The notes under the pieces: generated by a model | Told to the model about the DNA's origin: nothing | The model's input: only the letters and a program-made list of their open reading frames with translations | Database searches by the model: none | Shown here: piece by piece, positions 54,372 to 64,000 of the stretch | Layout of the letters: each line of letters begins with the position of its first letter | Numbering within the stretch: the stretch's first letter is position 1 | Position numbers and translations under genes: made by a program | Assembly: GCA_964016885.1 (NCBI GenBank) | Contig: OZ024746.1 | Location: 24,118,001 to 24,182,000, forward strand | Direction: 5' to 3' | Source: Eledone cirrhosa | Lineage: Eukaryota | Length of the DNA: 64,000 nt

Positions 54372-54941
54372 CCCTTATACTTCCAACAAGACCCTCTAGC
54401 CCCATAAAGTCACTGACCTTTTTACTCACAGCAAGGCACTCCAGCCCCAGGAAGCCACAGACCCTTATACTTCCAACAAGACTCCCAGCCCCATAAAGTC
54501 ACTGACCTTTTTACTCACAGCAAGGCACTCCAGCCCCAGGAAGCCACAGACCCTTATACTTCCAACAAGACCCTCTAGTCCCATAAAGTCACTGACCTTT
54601 TTACTCACAGCAAGGCACTCCAGCCCCAAGAAGCCACAGACCCTTATACTTCCAACAAGACCCTCTAGCCCCATAAAGTCACTGACCTTTTTACTCACAG
54701 CAAGGCACTCCAGCCCCAGGAAGCCACAGACCCTTATACTTCCAACAAGACTCCCAGCCCCATAAAGTCACTGACCTTTTTACTCACAGCAAGGCACTCC
54801 AGCCCCAGGAAGCCACAGACCCTTATACTTCCAACAAGACCCTCTAGTCCCATAAAGTCACTGACCTTTTTACTCACAGCAAGGCACTCCAGCCCCAGGA
54901 AGCCACAGACCCTTATACTTCCAACAAGACTCCCAGCCCCA
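54372..54941. repeat. 89-90-bp tandem repeat, ~6.3 near-identical copies
   Basis: CCCTTATACTTCCAACAAGAC starts at 54372, 54462, 54551, 54641, 54731, 54820 and 54910. Confidence 0.95.
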
Positions 54942-55093
54942 GAATTATCATATTTCTAATGAAAAACACAAATAATGAACCAACAAGCAGATAATAATAA
55001 TAGAATTACTACAAATTAAACTATAAAAAGTTTAACAGGAAGTAAGAAATCAATGGTACTACTGTAAATTTATCAAGCCTATCCCTCTAAAAA

Positions 55094-55625
55094 TTAATCC
55101 TTTTATTACTATATTTCTAATGAAAGACACTACCTATGATTTTAAAAATAATTTGAAAATAATTAAGAATATGGTGAGACTTTGTTATATAACTGTCTCA
55201 TTATCATGCAGGTATTTGGAATATAACTTAACAAAGGTTCTTACATAATATTATGATGGAAGGTTTTGAGATAAATTTAAACTCTTTAACACTTTCATTT
55301 TTCATTACAGTATTTCTAATGAAAGACACTGCATATGATTTTCAAAATATTTTGAAGATAATTAAGAATTTGGATGGATTGAGTAATATAACTAATTTTC
55401 TCATTATTGAGCTGATGTTTGGAAAATAACATAAAACTATGAAGGAAAGTTTTAACATAAATATAAACACTATAAAAAAGGTTTGTACTGTAGAACATGA
55501 TGCAGTTTCAGATAGTTTAGTATGAAATATGTTAAAAATGCACACCTAGTCCTCCATAGTGAGGGTCGGTCAAATTAATATAACTTAACAAATGTTCTTA
55601 CATAAAATTATGATGGAAGGCTTTT
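55094..55625 (+). mobile_element. Degraded copies of a piggyBac-like MITE family (also ~46950-47065 minus, ~63410-63660)
   Basis: Shared TATTTCTAATGAAAGACACTGC..AAAATAATTAAGAAT..TTCTTACATAAAATTATGATGGAA; TTAACCCTTT-type end at ~47056-47065. Confidence 0.5.
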
Positions 55626-56044
55626 TTTTTTTCTTTTTTTAAATCAATTGACAATATCCCAGACCTCATTTACTTACCGAGTGGGTGTAGAATTTGTCAA
55701 ATTGAACGAAGAAAAGAATGTATCCATTGGTCTTTCCATTGCTGATACTATCTACTGGTCGCAACTCTTGGCAGAAAAAGCAATGTGAAATAAAGTGTCT
55801 TGCTCAAGGACATAACATCACCCGATGACAGAGCTAGTAGAAATTGTTTGTAACCTATTTTAGATAATTTCTTTTATCAGCTGCTCTAATCTAACCTTGT
55901 TATGTGTTGACTAGGTTTATAGATACCCTTTTTTTTATATCTTTTTTTTATAATTGGTATGAATTGATAGAAAAAGTATCAGGTGTTGCATTATATATTT
56001 CATATCAGTATGACAAAACAGCCATTAAAATATACATATATAAG

Positions 56045-57182
56045 CTTACCCAGACCTCACTCATAACAAGCCGGTGGTGACTACCCAGTGTACTGAAATA
56101 GTTGTATGGTTCTGTGTTCAGAACACTATTCCGCCACTTTTTCCTCACCAGAATGAAATCAATCTGGGACTTGGACAGGTGCACATCTGGGATGTAGGTC
56201 CACATCTTACCCGGATTATTCCTAAACCTTAGGTTGGTCGCTATCAAGTTTGCCTTCAGCAGGGTGTCTCTCAGTAGTCTTCTATTTCAGTTGGTGTTGT
56301 TATGGAAGTACTAGCAAGGATCTTCACTGCTCTCCTTACTCAGATGTGCGTTGAAGTCCCCCAGAACAAGCAGAATGCTGTGTGTTTGTGTGGTGTTGGC
56401 AGCTCTACACACCTCCTCATGGAACTCTTCCGCACTCACATCACTGTCTCCCTCGGTTGGACTATAGGCCGAGATGACTGTCAGTCTTGGGTTTCCATTG
56501 AAGGTGACCCTCAACACTCGCAAGGAGACAGGTATTATTTCCCTCACCAATAGACTGGTTTTTGTGCTGAAAACAAAACCCACTCCTCCCACTGCAGCAT
56601 TGGTCATGTTCTTCACTGCCGATGTGGTGATGAGCTGGCTCATCTTCCCAATCATCACACTCCTCATGGGCTCATCGTGGAGGATCCTGTGTTCTTGGAT
56701 CACAAGTATCTGTATACCACTCTACTCGAACAGATGACCCAACTCCTCTCTCTTCTCCAGCATCCGAATAGTCCTCACATTCAAAGTGCCATTTTGATGG
56801 CTCTTCTGCAGGACAAAACTGCATTCTTTATACTTGTCTCAGAGACAGCTGATCCATCATCCACTGGCCCTCCCTGTGGCTCTAAGCTAGCAGAGTCATA
56901 ACAAAAAGACTGCTCTTTGGCAGTGTAGTTAGGGGCTCTAACCCTAGTTCTGTTAGATAGACTCGCCATATTTTTTTTCAATGGCTGACAATACCTTACC
57001 GGCACCACTCGAATAAGGTAATTATTTAACCCATAAATGTGGCCCTAACAGGTACTACTACTCTGGGCCAGAGCAGATCTGGGAGTTATGACAACTAAGG
57101 GGTAACTCCACATTCCCCACAGCTCCTGAACTCCCGAACTGGAGCCTTGCCACTGGATGTAGTCTAATGTCATACCCAGGCC
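56045..57182 (-). mobile_element. RTE LINE inverted 5' segment (5' UTR and AP endonuclease)
   Basis: IQEHR; GGVGFV; ISAYSPT; VLGDFNAHL; SQIDFILV; GSHHRLV, with frameshifts. Confidence 0.88.
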
Positions 57183-58948
57183 AGAGAGGAGGAACTGATA
57201 GAGAAGATCAGAAGAGTGGAGAGAGCGGTTGGCAGGTCTGGATGTAAGGAGAGCTGGATGATCATCAACACGATCACAGGAAGGAAGAGAAGGTGTTCGA
57301 GTCAGATTCAGGGAACAGGGCCCGAGGATAGGAAGAGGAAATGGCTAGACCATTTTAGGACCCTACTAGGAGAGCCGCCCTCCACAGCCCAGAACACTGG
57401 GGAGATCAGGCGGCTGTTTGAAGAACTGGATATTGAGACAGAGCCCTTCACCAGAGAGGAGCTTCAGAGAGCCAAGAAGAAGATCAAGGCTCATGGAGAA
57501 GATGGAGTGGCATCAGAGGTGATGAAGAGGTGTGATTTTGATGATATCATCCTGGGTTTCTGTAACCAGGCACTGGAGAAAGGAGTTGCCCCGAATCAGT
57601 GGAGGATCAATAACATCGTCCCAGTGCCAAAGAAGCGAGATCTCTCTAACACCAACAACTACAGGGGGATCTCACTGCCATCACTTGTGGCAAAGACCCT
57701 CAACAGGATGATTCTTAACAGGATCCAGCCCGAGATGGAGAAGAAACTCAGGGACAACCAGAATGGCTTCAGAGAGGGAAGATCAACCGCCAGTCCCATC
57801 CTGATGCTGAGGAGGATATTAGAGGGAGCTAGAGCAAAGTGCCTTCCTGTGGTCATGGTTTTCATTGACTTTAGGAAGGCCTTTGATTCTGTGGACTATC
57901 ACTGCCTGGTGAAGATCTTACAGGCTTATGGAATCCCCAAGAAGCTAGTGGACCTGATATCACTACTCTACACCAACACCAAAGCCCAAGTCATTACACC
58001 TGATGGGATGACAGAATTCTTTGAGATACTGGCTGGAGTGCTCCAGGAAGATGCATTGGCTCACTACCTTTTTATCATCGTAGTGGACTATTGTATGCGC
58101 CTTGCACTGGAGAAACACCAGGACTCTGGCTTTACTGTAACACCAGCTCAGAGCAGGAGAGTTAAGGCGAAAAAGATATCGGATGCTGAATTTGCCGACG
58201 ACATAGTTTTGGTGACAAACACAGTGAAGGAGGCAGAGGATTTGATGCAGGAGGTTGAGACTCTGTCGATGAGTATGGGCCTGAGAATTAATGAGATTAA
58301 GACAAAATATCTGGTAGAGAATGTTGAGAAGCCAGAGGGGATTACTAATGTAGGCAGGAAGCCTCTAGAATTGGTTGAGAACTTCCTGTATTTGAGAGCA
58401 AAGATTGGGAATACGGAAGATGATGTGGTCGAGAGGAAGAGCAATGCCTGGGTGGCATACCACAGCTTGAGATCGGTGTGGAAGTCGGACCTTCGTAAGG
58501 ACCTGAAGATCCGCCTCTTCATTGCTGTAACGGAGTCTGTGCTGCTGTGGGGTCTGAGACTTGGACACTGACCAAGAAACTCACTCAGATGGTGGATGGG
58601 TGCTACACGAGAATGCTGAGGATGGCTCTGAACATTAATCAGTATACACTGGGGATGAAAAACTCAGAGCTGTACGGGAGCCTCCCAAAAGTCAGCTCAA
58701 AAGTGACATAGAGAATACTGAGGTTAGCTGGACATGCTCACCGACATCCAGAGTTGACACTGCACTCAGTGCTCCTGTGGGAGCCCCTGCATGGACACAC
58801 TGGAAGAGGAGGACCAAGGTTAACATATGTTGATGCCCTAAGGACAGACACTGGTCTGTTGGAGACGCAGGACATGGCAGTGATAATGAGGGACAGAGAC
58901 CGCTGGAGAGAACTCGTCTATGGAGCTCAGGAATTTTACCCTCCCCAG
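57183..58948 (+). mobile_element. RTE LINE RT-to-3' segment
   Basis: ORF 57216-58571: NNYRGISL, NQNGFREGRS, FIDFRKAFDSV, GVLQED, EFADDIVL; downstream RLAGH..GGPRLTYVD..DRDRWRELV. Confidence 0.92.
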
Positions 58949-59330
58949 ATAGATATATAAGATAACAGGATTGTGGCAGAGAATAGAGGATAGAATTGGT
59001 TCAAGGATGGCTTGCCAATTAGGTGTTATTGTAATGGCAAATCATCACCGAACCAAATGCATCATGATCGGATGATAAAACTGGGCCTTTGAAATATGTA
59101 TAGTGTTTTCACAGAATTAAAATTTTAAGGAAATTTCCAGTTTGGCCTTTGTTGTTTATAATGAATATTTAATTCCATTCCTGCACCAACCACTGGATAC
59201 CACATCTATGATGGATAATTTGCACAATGCTAAGTGCTTTAATTTTATTGCATCATTATTTACTATTTAAAATCACCAGTTCTACCCATTGGTAAACAAT
59301 GTAACATAAATGGTGTATATATATATATAT

Positions 59331-59768
59331 GAAGATGCATGGCTTAGTGGTTAGAGCATTGGGTTTTGCAATCAAAAGGTTGTGAGTTCAATTCTCGGAC
59401 CGGGTGATGTGTTGTTTCCTTGAGCAAGACACTTTATTTCACATTGCTCCAGTTTACTCAGATGTAGAAATGAGATGATAGGAGTGGGATCCCTATCATC
59501 ACTGCAAAGTGGTCGTGGATGTGCCACAGCAAAAAGCACCCAGCCCACACTGTAAAGTGGACGTGTAGGCGCCACGGAAAAAAAGCACCCAGCACTCACT
59601 GTAAATGAGGTTGGTGTTGGGAAGGGCATCCAGCTGTAGAAATCAAGCCAGAATCAGTTCCCGTATGAGCAAGACAAGGTCAGCCGACCGGACACTTCCC
59701 ACAACAGGACAACCCGTCTAACCCATGCTAGCGTGGAAGAATGGACGTAAAACGATGATGATGATGAT
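59331..59768 (+). mobile_element. SINE family A, long variant
   Basis: Same head and core, duplicated AAAAGCACCCAG module, alternative 3' part also seen at 7246-7378. Confidence 0.85.
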
Positions 59769-59769
59769 A

Positions 59770-59810
<41 letters not shown>

Positions 59811-60049
59811 GTTGTATATCAGTCTATGTATGGTTTGTTTGAAAAGAAACACCAGTCACTGTGTGTATGTGTGCATGTGTGTAAGTAAGTATGTTTGTGA
59901 GTTATATTATGAAGACTGTTTACTCTTCTACTTTCATTGCCAATAAGAGTAATTAGACAACCCACCATCGATGTTTTATGAACAGTTAGTTATTTACATA
60001 ATCTCAAGTAATTAACTTAATAATAGAAAATAATAATAATAATAATATT

Positions 60050-60540
60050 GGTTTCTTTTTTAACCACACAGCGCTTCATTAAGAAGACAATAAAGACAGT
60101 ACAGTGTGGGTTTTATGTGTGAGGGAAAGGTTTATAAAGAAGACTAAAAAATAAACATTTAAAATAAAAACAAATTCCCCAAAAGTAAGGGTACCTCTGT
60201 GGGTCACTCATGGAAAAAGGCTACAAAGTGCCCTCTTTCAGATGTTCTCCAGATTACAGGTGCATACTCAGAACAAGCCCATTCACCTGGACCATGTTCA
60301 CCTCTCTCACCCCCCTTTCAACAAACTGGCTAAGAGACACATTTCCCTCTCCACCTTGATTTTTCGCTTCAGGTGAAACCTGAAAAAGTTAATTAGGGCT
60401 TCGTTGAAGAGGAAAGTGCTTGTCTTTAAACCTTTCAGCCATGTCCACCACATGACCTCTTTTATTATGGCCACCGGGCAGGTAAAATATGCCTGTCCTA
60501 ACCCTCTAATGGAAGACAACAGGGAGATCTTCACGATAGA
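60050..60540 (-). mobile_element. Old 3' fragment of a Tx1-like LINE
   Basis: KEVMWWTWLKGL..FFRFHLKRKIKVERE aligns with KEVVWWTRLKGL..FFKYHFGRRIRMERE of the main element. Confidence 0.75.
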
Positions 60541-61752
60541 CAATAATAATAATGGTTTCTGATTTAGGCACAAGGATAACACTTTTATGAAGAAGGGGAA
60601 AGTCAAACCAATCAACCCTAGTAATAGGGGTGATTTCGGTAATAACAATAAGGACACAATACAATTCAAGCCAAATAACCTGAAACTACCCCAGCTTCTA
60701 TGATATAAACCAAAATGCTTTTATAACATCATAAGTTTATGTAAGAACTTTTGTTAACTTATATTTCAAATACCAGCTTAATAGGGAGAAAGTTAGATAT
60801 AATACTAAATCTCTCCAAATTCTTGAATATTTTTCAAATCACTTAAATTCTACAACCAGTGTCTTATTTAGAAAGATAGTTGATAGGTTACAAAAAATAA
60901 CAATATTGAACAATTGCTAAGGCTTTGGAAAAAATGTTTTGCTGAGGTTGACCTTGCCTTTTATAATTCTGGAGCAGATAAAGAAAATTATCAGTCCAAA
61001 ATAGTGGACTAAGAGAATTGTTAACACTATTGAGACCATAATTCTCATGAAATTCATTTTATTTCAATTAGTTAAAGAATTTTGTGGGATTTACTAAAAA
61101 ATAATTCTTATGTCGATCAACAAGACCCCAGACCTCAATTTACTTACCAAGTGTTGTGGAACTTATCAAATTGGACCAAAGAAACAACATTTCCATTGGT
61201 CTTTCCATTGTTGATATTATGTAATGGTCACAACTCCTGGCAGAAAGAGCAATGTGAAATAATGTGTCTTGCTCAAGGACATAATGCATTGCCTGGTCCA
61301 GGAATCAAACTTGCAACCACACATTTGCAAATTCAATACTCTAACCACAAAGCCATGCACCTTCACTAAAATGATTAATTATTTCATTACTGATAGTAAT
61401 TTAACATATAGTTTTTATATAAAACTAAATTGGAAAATTTATATTCAGTTAGTAACTTTTTTAAATGGGTGGAATTGTTTCATAGAGTAGGAACCAGTTT
61501 TAGCTGGATTGGAGTGAAAAGCTTGGATAAAATGTTTTACAGTATTTGTTCCTTTTATACAAAGGTTGTCTTTTAACTCACCTGTGCCTTGTCGTTCATG
61601 CACACTAACATTACACATCCATAGAAGTGATCCTGACAAAGACCTTCATTCGTTGCTTCAAACTCTAGTGATTATCCTTTAAATATATAAAAAAAAAATA
61701 TATTGCTAAAGAATGCAGTCAGACAGAAAAAATAATGTTGAATTACTGTTAA

Positions 61753-62054
61753 CTCTTTGAGTGCCAGTGTCACTTTTGCTATTTTACTGTACCCCATGAT
61801 GAGATTATATGCTATTTTGGTATTTGTCAAAAAAGAAATTGTTAAAAATAACATATTTATCAAATTTGTATGTTTGTTTTGTCTGGACTTGTGCTGCATT
61901 AACTAAACTAAAACACACCAGTACGTCTTTGGTACACAATAAGTGGAAAGTAAAAGATGTACCAGTAATGTCTTTGGCACATAAGAGGTAGAAGCTAGAC
62001 CTTTGGCATACAATGGGTGAATAATGTTGCAGTATGATTTGGGCACTCAAAGAG
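61753..62054. mobile_element. piggyBac-like MITE
   Basis: TTAA-CTCTTTGAGTGCC..GGCACTCAAAGAG-TTAG. Confidence 0.7.
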
Positions 62055-62581
62055 TTAGAAATGGAAAGAGAAAAAAAATGAGAATATGTGGAGAAAGAGA
62101 TATAAAAAAAACCCTTAAAGATATGGATAAGAACATTGAATTTAGTATTTATGCTTTCTCAGCACACTTGCTATAATCATTGGCTCTACATGTTTTACAA
62201 TTCAAATACAAATTTGTCATGCTCTATTTGGTTAAATATTTTTCTTTAATTTAACCGACAAATAGTCAGTCGCATAACCAAAAGTTGTGTAAAATTCCTT
62301 ACAGAACAATGAAACTTTTGTTTGATTAAATAACTTGTAGAGTAAGGTTAGGAATAAAAAAAATTTATTTTTCAATTATAGTTTGCTGGTGTTTTTATTG
62401 TATTTGTGAGTATATTTTCTTTATGTTTATGCATGTGTGTGGGTGAATGATTTTTTAAATTAAAGTATTGATTAAATTCAACATTGCCATTGATGGTGAA
62501 TTGAATATCTACAACTGGAAATCTGTGTAATTTGAATTGCTTCATTTCCATCTCATGCACAAATAAAATTAAGCATATTTA

Positions 62582-62619
<38 letters not shown>

Positions 62620-64000
62620 AACACGCACACATAATAATAATAATGATGATAATAATAATAAAAATAATAATAAATAATAATAATAATATACAAGTAAGAA
62701 TACAAAGCTAAAGAGGATTCCTAGAAGTTAATTAAATATGTAATTAATTAACTTCAATTCATAATGAGCAAAATTCCTCTCTCAACTTTAACATCAACAA
62801 TACTTAACATGAGTAGATAGACAGCATGGATTTTACAGCTCCACATTAGTCTGATTATTTATTGATTAGTAATGAGACGGATGATGATGATAATGGTAAT
62901 GATGATGACAATAAAGAAGTCATCATCATTATTATTATCATTATCATCATAAGTCTCATTATTATTATTATTATTATTAATGATACTAATCAATAAATAT
63001 CATTATAAAGAGAGTGAACTGGCAGAATCATTAGAGTGTCTGTAGCTCTTTCTGTTCTGAGTTCAAATCCTGCATATTTATATATATTTATTACAATTCT
63101 ATTATTGTTATTCCTAATGTTTTCACTTCAGTGATGTCCACTCTCCTTTACTTGGTGTAAACTCCACTATATGTGGTGTTGCTTTACAGTACTGGGGTGA
63201 GGGGTAAATTCAGTTACCTCAACCCACCCTCAAATGTTGACTCGGACTGTAACCCCCTTTCAACTTATGTCAGCATGGAAAAATGGTCATATAATGATGT
63301 TGATGATAACATTTTTTAATAACTACATTAGATCTCTGTCTAAAATCTAATATTTTAACTTTAGTCTGCTATTATGAGAAGCAATGTTCTAGAAAATACC
63401 ACATCAGTCATTCCGTGACTGTATTTCTAATGAAGCACACTGCTTCTGTGTGTCAATTAGTTTTTAATGTAATGAAGGATTTCAGTTAAATAACTAACTT
63501 ATTCATTATTAAACTGTTTTTTTCAGACAAGAGTTAACAAATGGTTCTTACATAAAATTACGATGGAATATTTCAATTTAAATATAAACACTGTAAAACG
63601 AGATATGTTGTATCATAGAATCAGATGCAGTCACAGACAGGGTGGTCTCAAAGGATTAAAACAAAAGGAAAATAGTTTATAAGTCAGAATACTTCTTTTT
63701 AGAAGCTTTTTTCTTGTGAATGTAATTAGAAACTATAACATAACAGAATCATTAGAGTATTGGACAAATTATCCTCCTCATCACCATTTTAATGTCTGCT
63801 TTCCCTGCTAGCAAGAGTTGGACATGTGTACATACACCAAGTCAGTACTGAAGCAGTGCTACTGATCTCCCAGACAGGCCAGGGATCTGCATCTCGCATA
63901 TGATCTCACATTCTACCGAGTGCACAAGAGAAGTTGTCATGTCTTTGACACAAACTGAAGCTTATATGGGGATCACATAACAAAAGGTTCTTATAATACA

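Noticed and set aside
57216-58571. Intact active RT gene
   Set aside because: No ATG start, separated from its APE by the inversion, altered QGD motif and a downstream frameshift.

Overview
AT-rich, microsatellite-dense animal genomic DNA, most likely octopus/cephalopod judging by its tRNA-derived SINE families (inference). No host protein-coding gene can be supported; nearly all ORF-track entries are translations of simple repeats or degraded retroelements. Contents: a near full-length but frameshifted L1/Tx1-clade LINE (21577-27186, minus) with further 3' fragments of related elements, mostly in GATA repeats; a 5'-inverted RTE LINE with a TSD (56045-58948); RTE and CRE-type remnants; two abundant SINE families; DD41D Tc1/mariner, mariner-, hAT- and piggyBac-like MITEs; and several minisatellites. 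The most notable signal is a set of short non-coding elements in (TA)n tracts carrying minimal type I hammerhead ribozymes. Three are long palindromes with a hammerhead on each strand (4938-5290, 40197-40504, 41429-41865), one is a ~432-bp terminally redundant monomer (42309-42876), and one has a greatly enlarged stem II (7578-7670). Shorter hairpin relatives share a conserved 3' motif. They resemble Penelope pseudo-LTR or retrozyme derivatives from several diverged families.
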